Below are positions 21,845 through 30,159 of a DNA stretch of 64,000 nt, one piece after another. Both the position numbers and the translations under genes were made by a program. The DNA is from Candidatus Poriferihabitaceae bacterium (GTDB lineage: Bacteria > Pseudomonadota > Gammaproteobacteria > Arenicellales > Poriferihabitantaceae). Below the pieces are notes generated by a model, which was not told where the DNA came from, made no database searches, and saw only the letters and a list, made by a program, of their open reading frames with translations. The stretch lies in assembly GCA_965237995.1 (NCBI GenBank), contig CBDEGO010000003.1, forward strand, positions 305,925-369,924, written 5' to 3'. The number at the start of each line of letters is the position of its first letter. Position 1 is the stretch's first letter.

Positions 21845-23098
21845 TTAGTTTTCAGTCAAATAGAAATTTCCCTGCTCGTGCTTGTTTAACCAACCGAGCT
21901 CCGCTTTATTGAGATTAAGACTTACTTTCCAACCTTCTTCACATTCAGTTTCTTCTAATACGGTGTATTTGTTGTGTACCAAGGATCGAAGTTTAGATTG
22001 GTCATACGGTAATACAATATCAATTTCACGGTGATCCTCCGCTAAAATAGTCACCAAGGCTTGACTAATTAAGTCTATGCCTTCACCGCTGATAGCAGAC
22101 AGACGAATTTGAAATTTCTGATTCGTGTCTCCTTCTGTTTCTACAATTCCAGCCGATTCGTTACACAGATCAATTTTGTTATAGACCATGATCAACGGTA
22201 TATGCTCAGCGTCTAATTCGGTCAATACCTTGTTCACCTCATCGATATGGGTCAGATAATTTTCGTCGGACTTGTCAACTACGTGTAGCAAGACGGAAGC
22301 ATTGGCAACTTCTTCTAACGTTGAGTGAAAAGCATTAACTAGGCTGTGCGGTAAATCCTCAATAAAGCCAACCGTATCAGACAGCACAACGTCACCGTAA
22401 TTATCAAGATTTAGCCTACGCATTGTTGGATCAAGTGTCGCGAAAAGCTGATCTGCTGCGTATAGTTCTTCCCCTGTTATCTTATTGAATAAAGTCGACT
22501 TGCCGGCATTGGTGTAACCTAACAGTGACACCACAGGGATAGGCACTTTCCCTCGTGCACGGCGTCTAAGGTCTCTTTGCTTGCTTAGCTTCTTTAGACG
22601 AGCATCCAAAGTTTTTATGCGCTTGCCAATGAGCCGTCTATCTGTCTCCAGCTGGGTCTCACCAGGCCCACGCAAACCAATACCTCCCTTTTGTCGTTCT
22701 AAATGAGTCCAGCCGCGGACTAGCCGAGTTGACAGATGTTTTAATTGCGCTAACTCTACTTGCAGCTTTCCTTCATGCGACGAGGCACGTTGCGCAAAGA
22801 TATCCAGTATTAAGCCCGTGCGGTCCAATACTCTGCAATCAAGCGCTCGTTCGAGCTTACGTTCTTGTATGGGAGAAATCGCGTGATTAACCACCACTAA
22901 ACTGACTTCCATGTCCTTAACGATTTGCTTTAACTCTTCAATTTTTCCTGAACCAATAAAACTAGCGGGGTGTGGTTTATCGCGCAATGCAGTAAGCACA
23001 TGCACAACCTCTCCACCCGCAGAATGTGTTAAAGCAATGGATTCGTCGACACTTAGTCGGTGTTTGAGTTGGCGATGCGTTTGGTCTATGACAACCAC
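21845..23098 (-). CDS. hflX: Ribosome-associated GTPase HflX
   Basis: GLILDIFAQRASSHEGKLQVELAQL; G1 GYTNAGKST, G3 DTVGF, G4 NKID. GTG start. Upstream in-frame sequence has no canonical start before a stop, so the N-terminus is slightly short but intact. Confidence 0.93.
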   Translation of the reverse strand: MVVIDQTHRQLKHRLSVDESIALTHSAGGEVVHVLTALRDKPHPASFIGSGKIEELKQIVKDMEVSLVVVNHAISPIQERKLERALDCRVLDRTGLILDIFAQRASSHEGKLQVELAQLKHLSTRLVRGWTHLERQKGGIGLRGPGETQLETDRRLIGKRIKTLDARLKKLSKQRDLRRRARGKVPIPVVSLLGYTNAGKSTLFNKITGEELYAADQLFATLDPTMRRLNLDNYGDVVLSDTVGFIEDLPHSLVNAFHSTLEEVANASVLLHVVDKSDENYLTHIDEVNKVLTELDAEHIPLIMVYNKIDLCNESAGIVETEGDTNQKFQIRLSAISGEGIDLISQALVTILAEDHREIDIVLPYDQSKLRSLVHNKYTVLEETECEEGWKVSLNLNKAELGWLNKHEQGNFYLTEN

Positions 23099-23244
23099 CC
23101 GCTCGATCTCTAGCCCATTGTGGCTATGACCAGATTCACTAATTGAAGAAAACAGCTGAAAACCTAATATTAAAGATAAGTGAACAAACTCGGCACGCTC
23201 AGCTTCTTATTACAACATAACGTAGCAATAAGAAATACCCTCAC

Positions 23245-23514
23245 TTAATAGTTTGGTTGCTTACCTTCTTCAATGGTCGCTTCTCCATCCCCATCGTGTG
23301 GAATGCTGATTGACTTAACCGGCACGATTGTGGAAATCGCATGTTTATAAATCATTTGATTTACACTGTTTTTGAGCAGTATTACAAATTGATCAAATGA
23401 ATCGATCTGCCCTTGTAATTTAATTCCATTTACCAAGAAGATCGCGACAGCTATACGCTCTTTTCTTAAAATGTTCAAAAATGGGTCCTGAAGCTGTGCG
23501 CCTTTTGCAGCCAT
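23245..23514 (-). CDS. hfq: RNA chaperone Hfq
   Basis: [40 protein letters not shown]...[10 protein letters not shown] Sm1/Sm2 motifs. AGGAGA Shine-Dalgarno 7 nt upstream. Confidence 0.97.
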   Translation of the reverse strand: MAAKGAQLQDPFLNILRKERIAVAIFLVNGIKLQGQIDSFDQFVILLKNSVNQMIYKHAISTIVPVKSISIPHDGDGEATIEEGKQPNY

Positions 23515-23658
23515 GGGGTTGTTCTCCTAGCGTTAATTATTATTAGAAAACGATATTTTTTCGTCACTTACTACCGACTATCAAGCCATCCATCTCGCTT
23601 AATGGAATAGCTACGTATTTCATCTTGTAGAGGATAGTATGCGATACGCCTAGATACA

Positions 23659-23682
23659 ACATGAATATGACCATATTCATGT
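23659..23682. repeat. Perfect 10-bp inverted repeat ACATGAATAT-GACC-ATATTCATGT
   Basis: Read directly from the sequence. It lies between the terminator-like structure (23684-23758) and hfq. The function (operator or RNA hairpin) is unknown. Confidence 0.85.
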
Positions 23683-23683
23683 T

Positions 23684-23758
23684 AAAAAGAAAGAGCGGTG
23701 CTTTTGGTTAAACCCCTTTCAACAGACACCCCGTGTCTAAAATTTTTATGCACCGCTC
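23684..23758 (-). terminator. Terminator-like structure on the minus strand upstream of hfq
   Basis: Minus strand GAGCGGTGC...GCACCGCTC forms a 9-bp GC-rich stem (23750-23758 / 23693-23701). It encloses an inner hairpin AGACAC-GGG-GTGTCT and is followed directly by TTTCTTTTT (23684-23692). The long interior is atypical for a simple intrinsic terminator. Confidence 0.4.
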
Positions 23759-23850
23759 CCCTCAAATAGATTGTTGATTCCGTTCTTTCAAAGAGATATC
23801 AATTCATTTCTTCGACCCGAAGAATGTACTACCGTTTGTTTATTATATCA
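23684..23850 (-). ncRNA. Candidate ~150-nt small RNA or attenuating 5' leader of hfq (prediction only)
   Basis: Minus strand carries an extended -10 TGATATAAT (23842-23850). This is followed by hairpin CATTCTTCG-GGT-CGAAGAAATG (23805-23826), then the terminator-like structure with a U-tract ending at 23684. The only ATG opens a 2-codon ORF. Confidence 0.3.
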
Positions 23851-23976
23851 ACCTTTTATCTTATTTATTTTACCTTTTGTATGCATATTATCTATTTTTT
23901 GTGACCAAACTCACTGCTTTTAGAACGGATCAACGCCAGACTCTATAGCTCTACAAAAACAAGAAAAAAATCACTC

Positions 23977-24531
23977 ATGAGGAAAATAAAACAAGGCGCT
24001 AATAGACTCAATATAGGTGGATTTACACTAATTGAGTCTATGGTGACGCTCACTATTATCTTAACCATAGCAAACTTTAGCGTACCCAATGTAATGGCCA
24101 TGATGAAGAAAAATACTATCCGATCAATACAAGAACATTTAGTGCAAGACCTGCGTTTATCTAGAGTAACCGCTAAGGCAAACTCAGTGACAGTAACCAT
24201 TTGCCCCAGCATAAACGGGCAATCGTGTGAAAATACTCAGCATTGGCATACAGGTTGGATTTCTTTCGCAGACGAAAATAGCAACAAAATAGTTGAAGCG
24301 AGCGAAAAGGTGATTAGTCGCTTTACCCCAGCGCAACCCTTATCCATTAATGTTAGCCTACATGCCGCCGGCCGAGCTAAGCAGGTAAAGATTAACTCGT
24401 CTGGTTTAATACGAACCAGTGGTCACATTCGAATATGTAATTCATCTATAGAACAGGACAAGATTCAAACTATCAAATTGAACAATAGAGGTAGAATGAA
24501 CAAAGAACTGCGAAAAACTAGCTGCGTTTAA
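23977..24531 (+). CDS. Type IV pilus minor pilin, FimT/FimU (GspH-domain) family
   Basis: Prepilin leader MRKIKQGANRLNIG-GFTLIESMVTLTIIL (G/FTLIE cleavage-methylation site). GspH-like body (LVQDLRLSRVTAKANSVTVTICPS). AT-rich. No other pilus genes nearby. Confidence 0.75.
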   Translation: MRKIKQGANRLNIGGFTLIESMVTLTIILTIANFSVPNVMAMMKKNTIRSIQEHLVQDLRLSRVTAKANSVTVTICPSINGQSCENTQHWHTGWISFADENSNKIVEASEKVISRFTPAQPLSINVSLHAAGRAKQVKINSSGLIRTSGHIRICNSSIEQDKIQTIKLNNRGRMNKELRKTSCV

Positions 24532-24595
24532 TCAAGCTTCACTTAAGATAAGTAAGTCACAACAATACTAACCATACAGGGCGATACCGTTCTAG

Positions 24596-25219
24596 CTAAA
24601 TTGATATTGAAGAAGACTTCGCCTCGCTTTCTAATGCTTTTAGAATTGTTGCCAGTTCAATTGCCGTAACAGAATCATCAAGCGGTTCATGCAACCATAT
24701 ATGGACGCGTCGCCGCTTTAGCCACCTATGGCGCTCATCAGCCTTTGCTCTAGCAAATAGGCTACCCGCCATTCCAAAAATGTAAAACGGCACCACGGGT
24801 GCGTGGCTATTTTTTAAGCTAAATTCGAATCCACGTTTTATTTTGCATATCTCTCCATCTTGGCTTATCTCTCCTTCTGGAAATAAACAAATTACATTTT
24901 GCCCCAGTAGTGCATGGTGAATATCTTTAATAGACTGTTTACTTTTGCTAGGAGAGATTGGCACCGTACCGAATCGCTTTAAAAAACCATGTAATAACTT
25001 CATATCATAAAAACGCCGGTCTATAACAAATCGTATCGGGCGTATCACGGCTAACTGAATAAGCGCCCAGTCAATCCAGCTTATGTGGTTACCTAACAGT
25101 AGCAAACTTCCATCTTGTGGTATCGCTGCTTGATTGTGCACAATGATTTTATAACGCAGCCTAAATAGAAAACCTAGTACGCACTGCAAGAAAGGACGTA
25201 ACCATTGATTGACGTTCAT
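24596..25219 (-). CDS. PlsC-family lysophospholipid/1-acylglycerol-3-phosphate acyltransferase
   Basis: HX4D motif NHISWID and FPEGEIS block, 207 aa. Confidence 0.8.
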   Translation of the reverse strand: MNVNQWLRPFLQCVLGFLFRLRYKIIVHNQAAIPQDGSLLLLGNHISWIDWALIQLAVIRPIRFVIDRRFYDMKLLHGFLKRFGTVPISPSKSKQSIKDIHHALLGQNVICLFPEGEISQDGEICKIKRGFEFSLKNSHAPVVPFYIFGMAGSLFARAKADERHRWLKRRRVHIWLHEPLDDSVTAIELATILKALESEAKSSSISI

Positions 25220-25299
25220 TCTACTATTTGAGGTTGATGATTATCATTATGCGCTGAGCTCTTTGCCGTAAACCACGTTTTGATACACCGCACTGTAAT

Positions 25300-26208
25300 T
25301 TAAGCTCGCGGATGGTGGCGCTTATGCAAACTTTGTAAGCGTGCCTTTGCTACATGCGTATATATCTGCGTTGTCGACAAGTCTGAATGGCCCAACATCA
25401 TTTGCAATGTACGCAGGTCAGCGCCATGGTTCAGTAGGTGCGTAGCGAATGCATGTCTTAGCGTGTGGGGGGACACATCACTGGTTATTCCAGCTTGTTT
25501 AGCGTAGCGTTTGATATTTTGCCAAAATGCCTGACGGCTCATCGCACTGCCGCGCTTAGTTATAAATAACGAAGCACTCTTAGCGTCACTATATAGTGCT
25601 TTTCGATGCCCCCCTAAGTACCGTTTTATTGATACCAGTGCCATCTCGCCAACCGGTACCAGACGTTCTTTATTACCCTTACCCACTATTTTAATGACAC
25701 CGACATCCATATTAATTTGGCTAATTTCCAGGGAAATTAATTCTGACACACGTAATCCACTAGAATATAGCAGCTCAAGCATAGCCCGGTCACGCATCCC
25801 AAGATCGGTTTCGTCTGGGGCCGCTAGTAGAGTCTCAACTTCCTGTTCAGTTAGCGTCTTAGGAAGGCTTAGACCAATCGCTGGTGACTCTAGCTCTGTA
25901 GTTGGGTCAACCGAAACATAATTTTCGCGTAATAACCAACGATAAAAACGCTTAAGCGAGGACAACATTCTAGCTGCACTGCGCGCTTTTACTTGTTTAT
26001 TCCGATAGGCCATAAAGCCAAGTAAATCAGCAGTGCTTGCGTTTTCAAGACCCACGTTTTGGTTAGCTAAATAACGACTAGCAATGCCTAGATCAGTGCG
26101 GTAAGCACTTAGCGAATTATGACTTAAACCCGATTCCATCCAGACACCATCCAAAAATTGCTCGATCCGAATTAAGTTTTCAGACTGCAATTGGGTACGG
26201 TTAGACAA
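25300..26208 (-). CDS. xerD: Site-specific tyrosine recombinase XerD
   Basis: Full-length similarity to XerD. Core-binding domain (SLSAYRTDL), catalytic RD..LELLYSSGLRVSEL, HTLRHAFATHLL, LGHSDLSTTQIYTHV. Confidence 0.93.
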   Translation of the reverse strand: MSNRTQLQSENLIRIEQFLDGVWMESGLSHNSLSAYRTDLGIASRYLANQNVGLENASTADLLGFMAYRNKQVKARSAARMLSSLKRFYRWLLRENYVSVDPTTELESPAIGLSLPKTLTEQEVETLLAAPDETDLGMRDRAMLELLYSSGLRVSELISLEISQINMDVGVIKIVGKGNKERLVPVGEMALVSIKRYLGGHRKALYSDAKSASLFITKRGSAMSRQAFWQNIKRYAKQAGITSDVSPHTLRHAFATHLLNHGADLRTLQMMLGHSDLSTTQIYTHVAKARLQSLHKRHHPRA

Positions 26209-26218
26209 TGTTCCGCTA

Positions 26219-28099
26219 TCAACCCTTCACGCTGTTGTTTTCTAACAGCCATAAGCGCTGCAAGGCCTGTTTAATAGTGGTCAGTCTTGCACTGTCTTTG
26301 GTCGCTAACAATAAGCCTTCGAACAAGCGCTTAGCGTCCTCGTAATATGCGGCCTCCATCAGCGTTGAAGCCGCATGATAACGCGCTGACTGCCCCCATT
26401 CGTCGAAGCCGTTGTCTTGAACTAACGCGGATTCTAGGTACAAAGAAGCAGCTCTTAGGCGCTCACCCATATTCGCATGAGATTGTGCCTTCCAAAATAA
26501 TATCTCTCGCTTATGCCTTTTTGATTGGGTTTTATCAGAAATAAGGTCAAATAATGCCAAGCTAAGTTCATCTTGATTCGCCGCTTGTAAATCGTAAACT
26601 GGTTGTAGAATCTTATCTACTTGCGAGCCATTCAGTACTGGATAAGCATTGATCCAGCTTTCTAATTTCTGTTTACCCTGCTCAAAACGCCCAGCAAAAA
26701 TATCTATTCTAGCCTTTTGCAACAACCAGTCTTCCAATTTAACCGATGGCGGAGCATCACCTAAATAGGGGGCAATTAAAGCAATTAAATCCGCATTACT
26801 TTGTTCTAGCGCATAATTTAAAACTAAAGCACTGTACTGGCTATCCAATTCACTCAAATCTCCAATCGAATCGGCACCATCGCCAAACAAGTGATTAAGT
26901 ATTGGTACGTTATCACCTTTTAGCAAAATTTTTACAAAATGATTTAATGCTGCACTTCTCAACACCGAATTAGACTTATCCTGTAGCACCTGTGTATAAA
27001 GTGCTTTAGCTTGCTGCCAGTTTTCTTGCTCTTCCAGTTTTTGTGCCAGCGAATACCATTGGCCTTTATTAGAACCCAACAGACCCGCTTGATTCACTAA
27101 CGCCGTACTTAAAGACCGGTAAGTTTGGTTTAGGCTTTGCCCTTTATGGCTAACCACTTCTGGATACAAGTCATCGGTATCGATGTGGTGATATTGTTCT
27201 AAACTGCTCGCTCTACCCTCCAGCGCCTTAATGGTTGAGGTCGATGAATACACTTCAGCGGCAATAGCATAGGCTAACTTCTTTTGCTGCTTGCTAATTC
27301 GTTTGCGCTGCAACTGCTTTTGCAATTGTTGCCCCGCCTGAACGCCATTAATATTAGCTATTTTAAAACGAAAGTATATTTGCAATAGTTTGGCGTCAAT
27401 CGCGTTAATTGGAGCCAATATTTGCGCCGCAGATTCCGTTCTGCCGGCCAGATGCTCAATGATGGCGCGCTCGATAAACCAATTTACATCCTGTGGTTTG
27501 AATTCGCTGTGATAACGCGTGGCATCTATCTGCGCGTTTAGGTAATCGCCCGACTCGCTATAAAGCTTGATTAAGTTATGCCTTGCCCTTTTTCTGTCAT
27601 CTGCGGTGGCGCGCTGGTCAACCAATATAGACTGTAATAAGTGAATCGCCTTCGTTTGTTCTCCAAGATGAATTAACGCGAGTGCTTCGTAGGGTTTAAC
27701 GAAAGACGTTACTTGGTTTAATGTTACCGGGGGCAACTGACGAATATCAGCTAGCAAACCGGCGTAATCATTTAACTGCTCGAAAAGACTCCATTTTTGC
27801 TCATACCAAGCTTTCCAGGTGGCGTTCACAATGCTGGGAGCATTGTCCTGCTGCAACTCATTTAATGCTAAACGGGTAACACCCGCTTTAACTAATTGGC
27901 GTACACGCGCCAAGGTCTCTAACGCTTTGTTCTCAGCTGGCGTATCTAGGGCGAGTGAAGACAAACTTGCACCAGACGGCGAAGGTTCTATCGTTTGCGT
28001 TTGCGCTAAAGGAGAAAATAGACAAAGGCTGAAGCTTACTAAATAGTAAAGCACCCTTGTTAATGGAGAGGGTAGAGAAGTCTTACGCAGATTAACCAC
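26219..28099 (-). CDS. Exported alpha-helical (TPR-like) repeat protein of unknown function
   Basis: 626 aa. N-terminal signal-like segment (RVLYYLVSFSLCLFSPLAQTQT), then helical-repeat composition rich in L/A/Q/Y with no catalytic motif I recognise. Stop is 10 nt before the xerD start. Confidence 0.6.
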   Translation of the reverse strand: MVNLRKTSLPSPLTRVLYYLVSFSLCLFSPLAQTQTIEPSPSGASLSSLALDTPAENKALETLARVRQLVKAGVTRLALNELQQDNAPSIVNATWKAWYEQKWSLFEQLNDYAGLLADIRQLPPVTLNQVTSFVKPYEALALIHLGEQTKAIHLLQSILVDQRATADDRKRARHNLIKLYSESGDYLNAQIDATRYHSEFKPQDVNWFIERAIIEHLAGRTESAAQILAPINAIDAKLLQIYFRFKIANINGVQAGQQLQKQLQRKRISKQQKKLAYAIAAEVYSSTSTIKALEGRASSLEQYHHIDTDDLYPEVVSHKGQSLNQTYRSLSTALVNQAGLLGSNKGQWYSLAQKLEEQENWQQAKALYTQVLQDKSNSVLRSAALNHFVKILLKGDNVPILNHLFGDGADSIGDLSELDSQYSALVLNYALEQSNADLIALIAPYLGDAPPSVKLEDWLLQKARIDIFAGRFEQGKQKLESWINAYPVLNGSQVDKILQPVYDLQAANQDELSLALFDLISDKTQSKRHKREILFWKAQSHANMGERLRAASLYLESALVQDNGFDEWGQSARYHAASTLMEAAYYEDAKRLFEGLLLATKDSARLTTIKQALQRLWLLENNSVKG

Positions 28100-28151
28100 G
28101 ACGATGACCTTTTATAGAGCGCTCAACAAACGTTAAGCGCTCTTAATAGGG

Positions 28152-28496
28152 CTATACCTTTTCTTTGATACGTGCTGACTTACCTGTGCGCTCACGCAAA
28201 TAGTATAGCTTAGCGCGACGTACATCGCCGCGCCGCTTAACTTCGACTTCCTGAACAAGCGGGCTGTGCGTTTGAAATACGCGCTCAACACCTTCACCTG
28301 AAGACATTTTACGTACTGTAAACGAAGAGTTAATGCCGCGATTCTTTTTCGCAATCACCACGCCTTCATAAGCCTGAACACGCTGGCGATCGCCTTCACG
28401 AATCAGCACGTTGACCTTCACTGTATCACCTGGACCAAAATCAGGTAAATCAGCCTTCATTTGCTCTGCGTTAATTTCGTCAATAATGGTTGTCAT
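28152..28496 (-). CDS. rplS: 50S ribosomal protein L19
   Basis: [41 protein letters not shown]... Last gene of the rpsP-rimM-trmD-rplS order. Confidence 0.97.
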   Translation of the reverse strand: MTTIIDEINAEQMKADLPDFGPGDTVKVNVLIREGDRQRVQAYEGVVIAKKNRGINSSFTVRKMSSGEGVERVFQTHSPLVQEVEVKRRGDVRRAKLYYLRERTGKSARIKEKV

Positions 28497-28559
28497 AACC
28501 GTTTCTCTATGTCAATTTAAACTAATCATATTTGGCTTAACCCTAGGGTTGCCTCACTT

Positions 28560-29249
28560 TTAATCAGAGGTACCTAAAAGATCAGGCCGCCTTTGTTTGG
28601 TTCGCTCTGCCGCTTGTTCTGCACGCCAGTTAGCAATATGTTGATGGTTGCCACTTAATAGTACTTCGGGTACTTCAATGCCATCAAACACTTTAGGCTT
28701 GGTAAACTGCGGATAATCTAAACCTTGTTCAAAGGATTCAGTCACCGCTGACTGCGCATTACCTAGTACACCAGGCAATAACCGCGCTATCGCATCTACC
28801 AATACCATCGCAGGAAATTCACCCCCTGCTAAAATATAATCGCCAATAGATATTTCCATATCTACCCGCTGACTAATCAATCTTTCATCAACGCCTTCAT
28901 AACGACCTGAAAGCAAGGTTAAAGCAGGCAACTGCGCCAGCAGTTTTACATCAGCTTGCTCTAAACGTTTACCTTGTGGTGTTAAAAACACAACCGGGCC
29001 AATATTGTTTGCCGCTTTTTGCTTGACTTTAATTGCCTCTAACGCATCGCGAAGCGGCTCAGCCATCATTACCATTCCGGGGCCACCGCCATAAGGCCGG
29101 CCATCCACCGTACGGTGTACGTCAGAGGTGTAGTCTCGTGGATCACACACACTCACATTTAGCGCTTTGCAATCAATCGCACGTCGCACCATTCCATAAT
29201 TTAAAGCCTCAAACATTTGAGGAAAAATAGAAATGATATCAATGTTCAT
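28560..29249 (-). CDS. trmD: tRNA (guanine37-N1)-methyltransferase TrmD
   Basis: IISIFPQMF, RTVDGRPYGGGPGMVM, SGRYEGVDERL and IGDYILAGGE motifs. Lacks the C-terminal tail of the E. coli protein but is otherwise complete. Confidence 0.95.
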   Translation of the reverse strand: MNIDIISIFPQMFEALNYGMVRRAIDCKALNVSVCDPRDYTSDVHRTVDGRPYGGGPGMVMMAEPLRDALEAIKVKQKAANNIGPVVFLTPQGKRLEQADVKLLAQLPALTLLSGRYEGVDERLISQRVDMEISIGDYILAGGEFPAMVLVDAIARLLPGVLGNAQSAVTESFEQGLDYPQFTKPKVFDGIEVPEVLLSGNHQHIANWRAEQAAERTKQRRPDLLGTSD

Positions 29250-29782
29250 GATTCATCATCAAACTGCCAATCGACGTGAATAACTCCCGCCGCAAGGTCA
29301 GTATTTAACACCACACTGGGTATCCAAGGCACTGCAACTAGCGCAGCATTTTGCTTACCCTCGATGACCAGCACATCATTCGCTCCAGTCTCGATTAATT
29401 CTTTAACACTACCCATCTCTTGCTGGTCACTGTTAATAACAGTTAAGCCGATCAATTGATGCCAGTAAAACTCATTATTGTCGAGCGATTCAAGCTGTTG
29501 CTTATGTACGCTAATTTGCGCATTTTTAAGCGACTCCGCTATATTTCTATCATCAACACCAGCAAGCTTTACACTGAGCTTACTACCGTTTGCTGCAAAT
29601 TGCTCAACTACCACCTTTTGCGCACTTAGGCTTTTATCATCGTGCAAAAGCCAGTTAGCATAAGTAAATATATTTTCGGGGGGCCTAGCGTATGAATACA
29701 CTTTAACCCAGCCCTTCAAGCCCTGAGGCCCTTGTATCTTGCCTAAAACGATCTTTTCTGACTTTAAAGTATCTGATGTCAT
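29246..29782 (-). CDS. rimM: 16S rRNA processing protein RimM
   Basis: LGKIQGPQGLKGWVKV N-domain, PRC-barrel C-domain. 4-nt overlap with trmD. Confidence 0.93.
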   Translation of the reverse strand: MTSDTLKSEKIVLGKIQGPQGLKGWVKVYSYARPPENIFTYANWLLHDDKSLSAQKVVVEQFAANGSKLSVKLAGVDDRNIAESLKNAQISVHKQQLESLDNNEFYWHQLIGLTVINSDQQEMGSVKELIETGANDVLVIEGKQNAALVAVPWIPSVVLNTDLAAGVIHVDWQFDDES

Positions 29783-29832
29783 CGTTGCACTATGACTACC
29801 CTACGCCAAATCTATCACAAAGACGTTTTGAC

Positions 29833-29865
29833 CATAATCTTGAGCAACCTAGTTGCCCAAGATTA
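29833..29865 (-). promoter_or_regulatory. Strong 15-bp stem-loop in the rpsP-rimM spacer
   Basis: Minus-strand RNA ATAATCTTGGGCAAC-TAG-GTTGCTCAAGATTAT forms 15 contiguous pairs including one G-U (on the plus strand the same position is an A-C mismatch). No U-tract follows, so it is not a classical terminator. Confidence 0.5.
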
Positions 29866-29878
29866 TTTAAAACTAAAA

Positions 29879-30136
29879 TTATGCCGCAACTGCTGCCTTT
29901 TTAGCTTGCTTAATCAAATCTGCCACGCGGTCTGAAGGTTGCGCACCATTGCCCATCCAATGCTCCACGCGCTCGAGGTCTAAACGTAATTTTTCTTCGC
30001 TGCCACGTGCACTAGGATTAAAAAAACCAATGCGCTCGATAAAACGTTTAGTTGATGCAAAACGCTGGTCAGCGACGCTGATTGAATAAAATGGGCGCTT
30101 CTTTGAACCGCCACGTGCTAGTCTAATCGTTACCAT
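29879..30136 (-). CDS. rpsP: 30S ribosomal protein S16
   Basis: [17 protein letters not shown]... GGAGA Shine-Dalgarno. Starts 23 nt after the pnp stop. Confidence 0.97.
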   Translation of the reverse strand: MVTIRLARGGSKKRPFYSISVADQRFASTKRFIERIGFFNPSARGSEEKLRLDLERVEHWMGNGAQPSDRVADLIKQAKKAAVAA

Positions 30137-30159
30137 TTCAGTATCTCCAGAATGAGGGG

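Noticed and set aside
21845-23244. Possible 5' truncation or pseudogenisation of hflX
   Set aside because: The frame upstream of the GTG has no canonical start before a stop. However, the protein begins right at the first conserved strand (VVVIDQ, compare E. coli AVLVHI) and all GTPase motifs are intact. I treat it as functional.
23943-24212. 89-aa minus-strand ORF overlapping the start of the pilin gene
   Set aside because: It overlaps the FimT-like CDS, which has an unmistakable prepilin cleavage motif. The antisense translation has no features.
25220-26218. Looked for a dif-like XerCD site or mobile-element context around xerD
   Set aside because: I found no sequence resembling the dif core (GGTGCGCATAA-TGTATA-TTATGTTAAAT) in the flanking spacers. 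xerD is the full-length housekeeping type. The 11-bp palindrome ATGATTATCAT at ~25238 is too short to interpret.
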